A stretch of DNA of 64,000 bases, taken from positions 1-64,000 of the forward strand of contig MTMF02000009.1 of NCBI GenBank assembly GCA_002011125.2. Direction: 5' to 3'. Shown one piece after another: positions 41,586 through 51,462 of this stretch. This DNA is from Candidatus Hydrothermarchaeum profundi. GTDB lineage: Archaea > Hydrothermarchaeota > Hydrothermarchaeia > Hydrothermarchaeales > Hydrothermarchaeaceae. The notes beneath the pieces were generated by a model. The model did not search any database and was not told where the DNA came from. It saw nothing but the letters and a program-made list of their open reading frames with translations. Each line of letters begins with the position of its first letter. The first letter of the stretch is position 1. Position numbers and translations under genes: made by a program.

Positions 41586-42299
41586 ATGGGGAAAATGAAA
41601 ATATATCTAGTCCTGCTTTTGGTTTTAACAGCGGGTTGCTTAGGTCAGTCCGAGGAAATAAAAACACAAAACATAGGCTCAATCCTATCTAACCCCTCTG
41701 CCTATGGTGATGAAGAGATAAATTTCAAGGCTACGGTCATCCAGATTTACCCATACCAACAAGGTGTTTTATTAAAACTGCAAGATGATACTGGGGAGAT
41801 AAATGCATTTTACACGGGTAATGTTATGACAGTTGATGTAGGCTATGAAGCTATTTTCACAGGGGTTTTAGTGCAAGACCAATCTATGGCCAGTGCCCAT
41901 GGATCCGGCTCTGGAGTTCTACTGAGCATAACAGGCATAAAGGATGTGGTCCCAGGGAAGCTAGAAGAAACTGTTCCTCCTTATATGCCTCCAAATATGT
42001 ATCCCACTATAGCCGAGCTTAGAGAAAATAGATACGCTTATTCTATGGAGCAAGCTGTAACGATTGTAGGGAAATGTCTACAAACTCAAAACGCGGCGGG
42101 GTATACCTATGTTGAATTAGAGGATGATACAGGAAAGATGTGGGTAGCTATTCCTGAAAGTGAAATAGAAATAGGAAAAGTGTATATCGCAGAGGGAATT
42201 GTTATGACAGACTTTACAAGTAAAACTACTGGAAAAACATTCGATGTCATATTATTCAGTGCTGGACTGAAGCCTTTTTCACCGCATGGTTCCAAATGA
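41586..42299 (+). CDS. Lipoprotein with two OB-fold domains
   Basis: Lipobox TAGC; repeated L(Q/E)DDTG OB motif; GYTYVEL..WVAIP..FTSKTTGKTFDVILF. Confidence 0.7.
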   Translation: MGKMKIYLVLLLVLTAGCLGQSEEIKTQNIGSILSNPSAYGDEEINFKATVIQIYPYQQGVLLKLQDDTGEINAFYTGNVMTVDVGYEAIFTGVLVQDQSMASAHGSGSGVLLSITGIKDVVPGKLEETVPPYMPPNMYPTIAELRENRYAYSMEQAVTIVGKCLQTQNAAGYTYVELEDDTGKMWVAIPESEIEIGKVYIAEGIVMTDFTSKTTGKTFDVILFSAGLKPFSPHGSK

Positions 42300-42415
42300 A
42301 CCCTAAATTTTTTTCTAAGGTGAACTCAATTTTCTTAATGCTTTGATATGTACATTAAGACGACCAGCAAAGTTAAAATACATCAAAAAGATAGAAAAAC
42401 AGGAAAGGTTAAAAG

Positions 42416-43480
42416 ATGGCCATAGAACTATCCTCTCTAAGGGTTGATCTAGGAATTTATCTCCTAAAAACACTTATAGCTATAGGGTTCTTAGTCGGAG
42501 GATTCATTACAGCTAAGATTATCGTTAGAATTTTAAGTAAGATAGAAGAACAGACCGTAGCGAGAACAAAGCTTGAGTTGGACGACCTAATTTTCTTCTC
42601 GCTTAAATGGGGAGCTCGTTATACTGTATATGGAGTAGCGGTTATATTCGCTGCTAGACAGTTCGGATACGACGCATTTCCTGTGGTGACAGCTATCTTA
42701 GTGGTACTTTTTTCTCACCCAATCACCAGGATAGCTCAAGCCTTCTTAAAGATAGCTGAAGAAAATTTTGTCAAAAAAACTGAGACAAAGACAGATGACG
42801 TCGTCTTTCCTCTTATAAGTAGGGTAGTAAAATATACCATATACGTTTTTGCAGTTATCATAGCGCTTGGACAACTTGGGATAGAAGTTGTCCCTTTTGT
42901 AGCTGGCTTGGGAATAGCTGGACTGGCAGTAGGGTTTGCAGCTAAGGATACTATCGCTAACATAATAGCGGGGATATTCATAATCGTGGATCAGCCCTTT
43001 AAGTTAGGGGACAGGATAGAGGTATGGAATGCTCCTAAAAACCAAGCAAGTTGGGGAGACGTGATCGACATTGGGCTTAGAAGTACTAAGATTAAGACAA
43101 CTGATAATATAGTTATAGTCATTCCAAATGCAGAGATTGCGAGGAGGGATGTTATAAACTACACTGCTATCTCACCTCAGATTAGGATAAGGATACCTAT
43201 CGGAATTTCATATGAATCTGACTTAAAAAAAGCAGAGAAAAGTCTGCTAAAGATAGCGGAGGAAGTTGAAGGGGTTTCCAAAAAACCTAAACCTCAAGTG
43301 GTGGTTAAGAATTTTGGGGAATATTCAGTCGATCTTGAGCTAAGAGTGTGGATTAATAATGCAAGAGAGAAGCGTAGAATCAAGTCAGAAATAGGGTCTA
43401 AAATTAGATATCGCTTCGCAGAGGAAGGTATTGAGATCCCCTACCCGAAGAGGCATATTTTCATTAAGGAAGAGAAGTGA
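42416..43480 (+). CDS. mscS: Small-conductance mechanosensitive channel
   Basis: GLGIAGLAVGFAAKD, PFKLGDRI, IGLRST, IPN and GIEIPYP. Confidence 0.93.
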   Translation: MAIELSSLRVDLGIYLLKTLIAIGFLVGGFITAKIIVRILSKIEEQTVARTKLELDDLIFFSLKWGARYTVYGVAVIFAARQFGYDAFPVVTAILVVLFSHPITRIAQAFLKIAEENFVKKTETKTDDVVFPLISRVVKYTIYVFAVIIALGQLGIEVVPFVAGLGIAGLAVGFAAKDTIANIIAGIFIIVDQPFKLGDRIEVWNAPKNQASWGDVIDIGLRSTKIKTTDNIVIVIPNAEIARRDVINYTAISPQIRIRIPIGISYESDLKKAEKSLLKIAEEVEGVSKKPKPQVVVKNFGEYSVDLELRVWINNAREKRRIKSEIGSKIRYRFAEEGIEIPYPKRHIFIKEEK

Positions 43481-43481
43481 A

Positions 43482-44474
43482 CTAATGATTAAAACCTTCT
43501 AGCTCAACTGTGTCTATCCACTCATCCTTGCATTCACATTCGAGTTCCTCTAGATTTTCTAGGTTCTGGGTGACTGAGAAATCTATTATGCTCTTATATA
43601 CTCTAAAGTCGCATTTCCCACAGTTGTGGGGTCCTCTCTCTTTGCCTGCTGCAATAGGATGACTTAACACAGGTATATTTACTCTTCTTTTTACCTCATT
43701 TAAGATGTATACCACACTCCATAGCCAAGGAGCCCTGTATTCCCCTCTTCTCCAGAGTTCCTCTACTACTGTGGCCCTCTGGATATTTACTGGATTGTAT
43801 GAGATTCTATCTACTCCCAATTCATATACTTCTATACCGGATTTTATCGCGTCTTCTATGGAGTTTTTTTCGTTCATAAAAGGAGGTTTTACTAGTAGAT
43901 ACGTCTTTACTTTTACCCCGCATTTTTTACATTCTTCTAACGACGACTTAAAATCTTCGAGAGAAAAGCCTTTATTGATAAATCTTTCTCTAATAAAATC
44001 ACTAGTAGTTTCTAATCCAATTCCGATCTCTAATTCTGCTATTAAATTCTCTTTAATTTCCTTTAATACTCCCTCACTGACAAACTCTGGCCTTGATTCT
44101 ACTTGAACCCGCTTAATCTCATGCTCATTGAGTATAGCTATTATATTATCCCTGGTCTTATTTGTGATTTCCTGTTCGTCTAAGAAGCTTCCTGAAGTGA
44201 AAATTTTGAGGTATTCAACTTCAGATAAATCTCTCATAGCTCTTCTGAATTCTTCTACTATTGTATCCTGAGTTATTGACCGCGGAGAATCATATACGTA
44301 GCCGCACATAGTGCAACCTACACTCCTACCCCACCGGCATCCTATTGTAGGAAGAATTATAACCCCTGCCTTTACGGTAGTTTTTAGATAATCCCTTTCT
44401 TCCCAAAAAATAGCCTTTTTTCTTCCATAATATTTTTTAAGACCTTTTTTTCTTATTTCTTCCGCGATTTTCAT
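43482..44474 (-). CDS. Archaeosine biosynthesis radical SAM protein RaSEA (TIGR01210-like)
   Basis: GCRWGRSVGCTMCGY, KIFTSGSFLD, ESRPE, INKG, YRAPWLWS and RGPHNCGKCD. Confidence 0.9.
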   Translation of the reverse strand: MKIAEEIRKKGLKKYYGRKKAIFWEERDYLKTTVKAGVIILPTIGCRWGRSVGCTMCGYVYDSPRSITQDTIVEEFRRAMRDLSEVEYLKIFTSGSFLDEQEITNKTRDNIIAILNEHEIKRVQVESRPEFVSEGVLKEIKENLIAELEIGIGLETTSDFIRERFINKGFSLEDFKSSLEECKKCGVKVKTYLLVKPPFMNEKNSIEDAIKSGIEVYELGVDRISYNPVNIQRATVVEELWRRGEYRAPWLWSVVYILNEVKRRVNIPVLSHPIAAGKERGPHNCGKCDFRVYKSIIDFSVTQNLENLEELECECKDEWIDTVELEGFNH

Positions 44475-45496
44475 GCTAATTCCTCTATTATTCTTTCTTT
44501 CAGCCTATCTAGTCCAACGCCATATTTAGCGGATATCTTTACGTAGTCGTTTAAAAGACCTTCTTTCTCTCCATCAGAGATATCTATCTTATTTAGTACA
44601 TGGATGACTGGAATACTATCGGCTCCTATTTTTATTAGAGTGTCCTCACAGACCTTTAATTTCCTCCTAAATTCTGATTCCGAATCTGATGCATCAAGCA
44701 CTAAAAGAATGAGATCAGCGGTTTTAATTTCTTTTAAAGTCGCTCTAAATGCATAAATTAGCTCGTGCGGGATATTTCTTATAAACCCTATAGTATCTGT
44801 AATGAAAATCTTACTATTAAGTGATGCGGTTTTGCTCTTTAGAGTGGTGAATAGTTCATCTTCGGCTTTTTTATCTACCCCAGTTAATCTATTTAAAAGA
44901 GTAGTTTTTCCGACATTTGTGTAGCCCACCAGAGACACAGTTTTACCCTTCTTTTTTCTCCTCTTCCCCTGGGATTCCAGTCTAGCATCGAATTTCTCTA
45001 ATTCGTCCTCTATCTTCTTTATCCTCCTATGTAGACTTCGAAGCGTACTGTGAACGATATACTCTCCGCTACTCCCAAATCCTGGATGGTCTTCTCTGAC
45101 CCTCCTGCCAACTGACATCTTAATGTAAGGTAGCTTTCTTTTCAACCTCGCTAGTTCGATTTGCAGTTTAGCTTCCTTTGAAGCGGCATGCTTCTCAAAA
45201 ATATTTAATATTAAATCGAATTTATCCATCACAGGTACTCCAAACTCCTCCTCGAGACTAAGAACCTGCCTAGAAGTTAGATAGTTTTCAAAAATAACTA
45301 GCTCAATATTGTTCTCATTAATGAAATTCTTTATTTCATCTACTTTTCCCCTACCGATTAGATACTTACCCCTCGGTCCGGCATTTTGGGTAAAGGTCTT
45401 TATAACCTCATATCCCCCTGTATTTGCAAGTCTCTTTATCTCAGCTTTCCTTTCTTCAAATTCGCCTTCTTTAAGCATTACAATAACTGCCTTCAT
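44471..45496 (-). CDS. hflX: GTPase HflX
   Basis: GRGKVDEI, EAKLQIELA, GYTNVGKTT, LFTTL, DTIGF and NKID. Confidence 0.93.
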   Translation of the reverse strand: MKAVIVMLKEGEFEERKAEIKRLANTGGYEVIKTFTQNAGPRGKYLIGRGKVDEIKNFINENNIELVIFENYLTSRQVLSLEEEFGVPVMDKFDLILNIFEKHAASKEAKLQIELARLKRKLPYIKMSVGRRVREDHPGFGSSGEYIVHSTLRSLHRRIKKIEDELEKFDARLESQGKRRKKKGKTVSLVGYTNVGKTTLLNRLTGVDKKAEDELFTTLKSKTASLNSKIFITDTIGFIRNIPHELIYAFRATLKEIKTADLILLVLDASDSESEFRRKLKVCEDTLIKIGADSIPVIHVLNKIDISDGEKEGLLNDYVKISAKYGVGLDRLKERIIEELA

Positions 45497-45753
45497 GGCT
45501 TATCATCTTATAACTCAATTTTTATAACCACATTGTAGAGTGATAAAGTTTCAATTTTATCTCGAGAAACTCTAAATGGACAAATTTTCTTGAAAAATTC
45601 TTCAAGTGCTCTACATATCTTTTTTAGATGTAGCATTGATGATTTCAGCAGTACCCTTCTGATCTTTTCCCTTATTCCTAACCAGTACTTTAGCACATAT
45701 ACCCTCTCCCTATCCCAATAAGAAACTATACCTAAAGCTATATCGTATAATGT

Positions 45754-46077
45754 TCATCCGCTGTTACATTCTACTAGCCATCTTTCCCCCCAATGTTTCA
45801 TAACCTCCAGTATTTCTTCGAGATCTCTACCTTTGTCAGTCAAAGAGTATTCTACTCTTATTGGAGAATCTGAAAATACCTTCCTATCTACTATTTTACT
45901 TTTTCTAAGTTCGTTTAGGCTTTTTGACAGAGTCTTAGAAGAAATCCCGTTAATCGAATTCTTTAATTCATTAAACCTTTTAGGTCCTTTCATTAATTCG
46001 TATATTATTACTAAATGCCATTTTTTTCCAATTGTATTAATAGTCTCTATTACAGGGCATACCTCAGTATTGGCCAT
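45754..46077 (-). CDS. HxlR-family redox-sensing regulator
   Basis: CPVIETINTIGKKW, RFNEL and RVEYSLTDKG. Confidence 0.92.
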   Translation of the reverse strand: MANTEVCPVIETINTIGKKWHLVIIYELMKGPKRFNELKNSINGISSKTLSKSLNELRKSKIVDRKVFSDSPIRVEYSLTDKGRDLEEILEVMKHWGERWLVECNSG

Positions 46078-46101
46078 ATAGATTCCTCCAATGTTATTTG
46101 A

Positions 46102-46151
46102 TTACTTATTGGTTACTTAAGATTTAAATAGTTTACTTTTTTCACTAAGTA
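46102..46151. promoter_or_regulatory. Candidate HxlR operator in the divergent promoter
   Basis: TTACTT at 46102, 46113 and 46133; inverted repeat TACTT-N8-AAGTA at 46134-46151. Confidence 0.45.
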
Positions 46152-46178
46152 GTAATAGTAAATCATTGGAGGTTAAAA

Positions 46179-46874
46179 ATGGAAAACAAAGTAGCTGAAA
46201 ATGTATATTGGGTTGGGGTGTACTTCAAAGAGAAAGGCTCAGGGGTAAACGCATTTCTCATAAAAGACGATAAGACAGCTCTAATAGATACAGGCCCTCC
46301 TATAACCCAGGAGCTTGTAATAAATAATATAAAAAATATAATTGACCTAGAAAACCTAGATTACATTGTATTGACCCATGCTGAGGTCGACCACTGTGGG
46401 GCTCTAGGTAAAATACTGCAGGACGCAAAGAATAGCAAAGTATGTACCTCCGAAATAGGGGCAATGCTTGTTCCTATTTATGGATTCCAAGCAGAGATGA
46501 ATATAGTGAAGCCAGGAGACGTCTTAAATCTTGGGGAGAAAACATTGAGGTTTATTTCTACTCCTCTAGTCGATACATGGGATACCTTATTTGTGTTTGA
46601 AGAAATGAACAGGATTCTCTTCACTGCCGACGCTTTTGGAACTTTCGGACAGCCAAATAAAGATTGGAAGCTTTTTGCTCAGGAGGATATAACCGATGCT
46701 CTAAAAGTCTATAATGCAATAAAATTCCCGTGGATAAAAGTGGCCTCAAAGGATAAAATCAAAAAAGCTATTGAAGATATTAAGGCGCTAAAGCCCAACA
46801 TTATTGCGCCGGGTCATGGGCCTTTAATCCGCGAGAACATAGACAAATGCTGCGACATCCTAGCAGAGGTCTAA
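46179..46874 (+). CDS. Stand-alone flavodiiron-type (FprA-like) metallo-beta-lactamase domain
   Basis: IDTG, HAEVDH, FTADAFG and PGHG; no flavodoxin domain. Confidence 0.8.
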   Translation: MENKVAENVYWVGVYFKEKGSGVNAFLIKDDKTALIDTGPPITQELVINNIKNIIDLENLDYIVLTHAEVDHCGALGKILQDAKNSKVCTSEIGAMLVPIYGFQAEMNIVKPGDVLNLGEKTLRFISTPLVDTWDTLFVFEEMNRILFTADAFGTFGQPNKDWKLFAQEDITDALKVYNAIKFPWIKVASKDKIKKAIEDIKALKPNIIAPGHGPLIRENIDKCCDILAEV

Positions 46875-46953
46875 AAAATAGACAAATCTCTGCTCACATG
46901 GGACAATATAAATAGGATAAACCACGTCAATGTGTAAGAAGACGGGTATATCA

Positions 46954-47842
46954 ATGGATAATGCTATAGTTCTAATCGAGTACACCGACCCATACTGTAC
47001 CTGGTGCTGGGGATCTGAGCCGATTCTTAAAAGAATTCAGGAAGTATATGGTGACCAAGTATCGATTAATTATAAAATGGGGGGACTAGTGGAAGATATT
47101 AGGGATTTCTATGATCCTCTTAACAATATTGGCGGCGAAACATGGTATATACAAGTTGCAGACCATTGGCTTGAGGCATCTAGACGCCATGGAATGCCTG
47201 TGGATGTGAGCATATGGTATGATATAAAAGACGATTTTAGATCGACATATCCGGCGAGTATAGCGTATAAAGCAGCGGAATTTCAGGACCTCTTTCTTTC
47301 AAAAATATTTCTAAGGAGAATGCGTGAGGCCGCAGCTGCCGAACGTCTCCCCATACACCGTTTTGAAATACAACTCAGGCTAGCAGGCGAGGTGGGATTA
47401 AATCTTGAAAGGCTAGCTCAGGATATTAAAAGTGGGGAGGCTGAAAGAGCTTTCCTAGAAGACCTAAGTGAAGCTAGGAATAAAGGTATTACAGGCTTCC
47501 CCACCTTCCTATTACGCAATGAGAATGGAGAAGAAGTAATACTTCATGGATATCAGAAATTTAAGACGTTCGAAAAAATGATCGAGGAACTTTCACCATC
47601 CCTTGATAAAAATCGGATAGTAGTAAACGAAAAAACTATTATCGATTTTGTTAAAAAAATATGGAAAAGTAGCTACTATGGAAGTCGCAGAAGTATTTGG
47701 TATCACACTAAGCGATGCAAGAGAGTTATTAGATATATTAAAAAGAAAGAAACTCTTAATAGAATTGCCAGCGGGAAATGACTTCTTTTACATATTAAGA
47801 AGCGTATTGAACTGCGGCGAAGAGATATGTAGAAGTATATAA
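46954..47842 (+). pseudogene. DsbA/YjbH-like thioredoxin-fold protein with an apparent frameshift at an A7 run
   Basis: TDPYCTWCWGSEP and GFPT. The natural C-terminus (KYGKVATMEVAEVF...) continues in the +1 frame after A7 at 47653-47659. Confidence 0.7.
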
Positions 47843-47844
47843 TC

Positions 47845-48771
47845 CTATACTACTCTATGCCTTAGTTTTACTGCCAACCCCCTCTTTGCCCTCTCCATCT
47901 CCTCCCCGCTTAGATACGCCCTTCCAACACCTACGACTTTCCCTTCATATATCACGACTACCTCATCATTTGGCCTTATTTCGTGGTCTGCTTTTTCAAC
48001 CCCGATTCCAAATATCGTGCTTGATTCTAGGCGGAAAGATATCTTTACATAGTATCTTCCATATTCTTTCAGCAACTCTCCTCCTCTTAGGGTTAAAGCA
48101 AAATACCCTGTAGAGGGATTTATTGTGGCTACCTGTTCTTCTTCAACAAAAACAGCGCTGCCTTTAACAATTATTTTACTAAAATATTTGCTTGCTCCTA
48201 GGCCAAACTGGAAATCCAATATTTTTTTAATTGCTTCTCTTTTTCTATCTATCCGTACTGGGGGATAGCTTTTAAGTTTTTCTGAAACTAATCTTTCGAG
48301 TTCCTTCAATGCGCGAGTAGAATACACATTCCCTCCGGTCGTAGGTATACCTATCTCCTCACAGATCTCTCTATAAGGTCCATCCACATGCGCAATGACT
48401 TCTGCATCAGTTTTTTCCATATAGCTGTAAATAAGCTCTTTAACTATATCCTTCTCCTCTCTCGTCCAATATCCGGTCACAGGGATATCATAATGAGCAG
48501 CAGGATAGAGTTTTTCTAGTTCTCGTGGAACTAGACCTAGTGGTGAAGTAATTGATACCTCATGCACCAGGTTCCTTTTATCCCCAGCGCCTTTTTTTAT
48601 GTGCTTGATAAATAGCATGTGAGATTTTGATCTACTGTATGGCTTTTTAGCCGAGCAGGGTAGAAGAATAGAAAGTTTTATTCCTTCTGGGGGGAGATAC
48701 CGTTCTTTTATCCGTCTATGCCATCTCACAATCTCAGGGCGTGTGAGAGACCTCTCAGTAACAAGCTTCAT
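47845..48771 (-). CDS. arcS: Archaeosine synthase ArcS, C-terminal part (DUF5591 + PUA)
   Basis: LLPCSAKKPYSRSKSH, TSPLGLVPRELE, YDIPVTGYW and a PUA domain. Confidence 0.9.
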   Translation of the reverse strand: MKLVTERSLTRPEIVRWHRRIKERYLPPEGIKLSILLPCSAKKPYSRSKSHMLFIKHIKKGAGDKRNLVHEVSITSPLGLVPRELEKLYPAAHYDIPVTGYWTREEKDIVKELIYSYMEKTDAEVIAHVDGPYREICEEIGIPTTGGNVYSTRALKELERLVSEKLKSYPPVRIDRKREAIKKILDFQFGLGASKYFSKIIVKGSAVFVEEEQVATINPSTGYFALTLRGGELLKEYGRYYVKISFRLESSTIFGIGVEKADHEIRPNDEVVVIYEGKVVGVGRAYLSGEEMERAKRGLAVKLRHRVV

Positions 48772-48805
48772 ATTCTTTAGGTTGTTAAATAAGCATATAA
48801 GTCAT

Positions 48806-48940
48806 ATGGCCTCTTATCAGTGCACTATCTGCGGCAAGATTACTGAGATAGAACTCCAAAAATGTTGCGCCCCCGATAAATTTCCCAGATATAGAAACCC
48901 CTTCTGCTGCGGCAAGGCAATGATAGAAATCATCGACTAA
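48806..48940 (+). CDS. Small desulforedoxin-like metal-binding protein (44 aa)
   Basis: MASYQCTICG ... CC ... CCGKAM. Start moved to ATG 48806. Confidence 0.65.
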   Translation: MASYQCTICGKITEIELQKCCAPDKFPRYRNPFCCGKAMIEIID

Positions 48941-48941
48941 G

Positions 48942-49820
48942 TTAAGAAATTGGAGTATACTTCTCTAAAAATCCCTGCTTTTCCATGTCCAGCGACCTGA
49001 GTATCACCATAGAGTTAACATCTGAGGCTGCCTTTTCTTCCACTAGTTCTCTCATAGTATTCTCCCTTATAGCCTCTCTAATCTCTTTTACTACTTGTAA
49101 GCAAACATTGTGATTATGTTGTAAGACTGAATGGAAATCTCCAATCAAGTCCGCTGGTTCACTGTTAATACAGACTGCACAGGAGCATGGAAGCTCCTTT
49201 AAATTTTTTAAGGCCATTGTTCCATAGGGGGTTAATATCTCATTCCTCCTAGCTCTGATTATACCTTCTAAATTGTCAAAAAGGTCAATTCCCATATATG
49301 ATAGTATGTAAAACATGTGGGGAGGTGCGCCTGGTAAATAAAGAGCGGTATTCGGAGAGACTGTTTCCCTGATAGAGGTAATTATTTCCACAGCAAGTCT
49401 AGGATGCTCGATTAATTCCCTTCCATTCGCTATTACTATTAGAGGGTGTTCTCGTAGAGCTTCAGCACATTTCACTCTTAAGTCTAGATATTTTGAACCC
49501 TGAACTGTTGCACCCATCTCCGGGAATTGTTTAGCTATCTCAATCGTTTTTTCAACTGATAATTCCGCTATTTCTCTAGGAACATTAAAGCCCACCTGCA
49601 GGTCTGGCAGAATACCTGCGCCTTTATTTTTATTTTCAAACTGCACTACTATAGGATGTGCATCTGTTTTAGTCGATTCCATAGCTAAGTATAGCTCATG
49701 TTCTACCCTTATCCTGGGAGTTACTATCGAAAAGAATCGAGGAGTCGGCACAGAATGGTCGTCCACCTCGAAGCAACCCATCCTAGCAGGGCCTGAGTGT
49801 TTTCTAATTTCAAGTATCAT
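48942..49820 (-). CDS. TGT-like protein (N-terminal half of a split ArcS/TgtA2)
   Basis: HSGPARMG, YMGIDLFD, LPCSCAVC, HN and IREAIRENTMRELVE. Confidence 0.8.
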   Translation of the reverse strand: MILEIRKHSGPARMGCFEVDDHSVPTPRFFSIVTPRIRVEHELYLAMESTKTDAHPIVVQFENKNKGAGILPDLQVGFNVPREIAELSVEKTIEIAKQFPEMGATVQGSKYLDLRVKCAEALREHPLIVIANGRELIEHPRLAVEIITSIRETVSPNTALYLPGAPPHMFYILSYMGIDLFDNLEGIIRARRNEILTPYGTMALKNLKELPCSCAVCINSEPADLIGDFHSVLQHNHNVCLQVVKEIREAIRENTMRELVEEKAASDVNSMVILRSLDMEKQGFLEKYTPIS

Positions 49821-49894
49821 TGAAAATCATTTTCCGTCTCATTTTAGATAAAATTTTATGCCTTTTGGTAGAGTAGTAAAATAGAGGTGTTTTT

Positions 49895-50467
49895 GTGAAG
49901 CGGGAAGTATATTACTTCGATGAACCTGGTTTTAAGAATACTCAAGAGGTTCTTAAACTCTCAAAAAAAAGAGCTGAAGAATTAGGGATAAAGAAGATAG
50001 TAGTGGCTTCAGTTACAGGAAAAACGGCTGTAGACGCTCTAAAGGTACTTAAAGATAAGGAGATAATCTCGGTTACTTACCATGCGGGGTTCAGCAGACC
50101 TAATGAAATTAAGCTGGACGTAGAAAATAAGAGGATACTAGATGAGAACGGCGTTCCAATAATTATAGCGACCCATGCCTTAAGTGGAATAGAAAGATCG
50201 ATATCAAAAACCTTAGGGGGATATGGTCCCGTAGAACTTGTAGCGAAAGTTCTTAAAAGTCTATTTGGCTCAGGCCTTAAGGTCTGTGTAGAAATTTCGG
50301 TTATGGCTGCAGATGCGGGATTAGTATCTGTCGATGAAGAGATAATCGCGATAGGAGGTTCAGGTGGGGTTGGAGCCGATACATCCTGCGTTATTAAACC
50401 TGCAAATATGAATAGATTCTTTGATCTTAAAGTGAGGGAGATAATTTGTATTCCTAGAGGACATTGA
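49895..50467 (+). CDS. Pyruvate-kinase C-terminal-like protein (COG1751)
   Basis: PGFKNT, VVASVTGKTA, HALSGIER and GLKVCVEISVMAADAG. Confidence 0.85.
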   Translation: MKREVYYFDEPGFKNTQEVLKLSKKRAEELGIKKIVVASVTGKTAVDALKVLKDKEIISVTYHAGFSRPNEIKLDVENKRILDENGVPIIIATHALSGIERSISKTLGGYGPVELVAKVLKSLFGSGLKVCVEISVMAADAGLVSVDEEIIAIGGSGGVGADTSCVIKPANMNRFFDLKVREIICIPRGH

Positions 50468-50468
50468 A

Positions 50469-51356
50469 GTGTTAAAGAATACTAACTTTGTATTTTTAAC
50501 CGCGTTATCATTGGGACTGCTAGCGCCTAACTTAGCTAGCATCTTGGTAGATTATGTTCTAATCGTGCTCATAGTGATAATGACGCTGTCTACTACGCAG
50601 ATTGCCCTTGGTTATCCTGAGCTTAAAAAACAAAGTAAGAAAGTGTTTTGGGCGTTCGCAGTCCATTATCTCTTATTATCGGGAATAATTTTAATAGCGA
50701 GCTTTAAATTATTAAGCGACCCCTATCTCATAGCAGGATTCATAATAATGGCTGCTGTCCCACCCGCGATAGCAGTTATCCCCTTAACTAAGCTCTTGGA
50801 AGGAGATGTCTCCTTATCCTTAATCGCTAACACTGTAATATACCTCGGATCTCCTTTCATAGCTCCTGTTATAGTTTATGTGGCTGGAAGTGAGATTGGA
50901 ATAGATACAAGCAGACTCATTGAGGCTCTATTAGAGCTTATTGTACTTCCGTTGATCTTTTCAAGAATCCTGAAGAGAATGAGATTTTATAGTGAGGTGA
51001 GGGTGTATGAGATCCATATAATAAACCTCTGCTTCTTTATTCTCATATACTCCGTAGTGGGTGTTAATAGAGGTTTTTTCTTTAGGTCTGATATAGTCTA
51101 TATGGTCACACTAGTAGGTATTTTAAGGACTTTCCTAAGTGGGAGTCTAGTGTTTGTTATTTCAAAGTTTGCAGGAGTGGAGAAGAGTTCTGCTATAAGC
51201 TACACCTTACTTGGTTCCTTTAAAAATTTGGGGCTAACTGCGATAATGGCCTTAACATTGCTTGGAGAGAAAGCTAGTATACCAGCAGTAATATGTATAC
51301 CCTTGGAGCTATTATCTTTTACGTATTTCTCTTGGTTATTTAAAAAATATTTTTGA
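50469..51356 (+). CDS. Bile acid:sodium symporter (BASS) family transporter
   Basis: Multi-TM; MAAVPPAIAV and KNLG motifs. Confidence 0.7.
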   Translation: MLKNTNFVFLTALSLGLLAPNLASILVDYVLIVLIVIMTLSTTQIALGYPELKKQSKKVFWAFAVHYLLLSGIILIASFKLLSDPYLIAGFIIMAAVPPAIAVIPLTKLLEGDVSLSLIANTVIYLGSPFIAPVIVYVAGSEIGIDTSRLIEALLELIVLPLIFSRILKRMRFYSEVRVYEIHIINLCFFILIYSVVGVNRGFFFRSDIVYMVTLVGILRTFLSGSLVFVISKFAGVEKSSAISYTLLGSFKNLGLTAIMALTLLGEKASIPAVICIPLELLSFTYFSWLFKKYF

Positions 51357-51462
51357 ACTATAAATGATTTGTTACGCTATATCTAAAAAATTAATCACTA
51401 TGGGTGGCTGATTCTAGATTTTAATTGTTAAACTTACCCTCTTTTATGTAAACGGTGATAGA

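Noticed and set aside
45508-45696. 62-aa minus-strand ORF upstream of hflX
   Set aside because: No motif; cannot be told apart from a remnant or a chance ORF.
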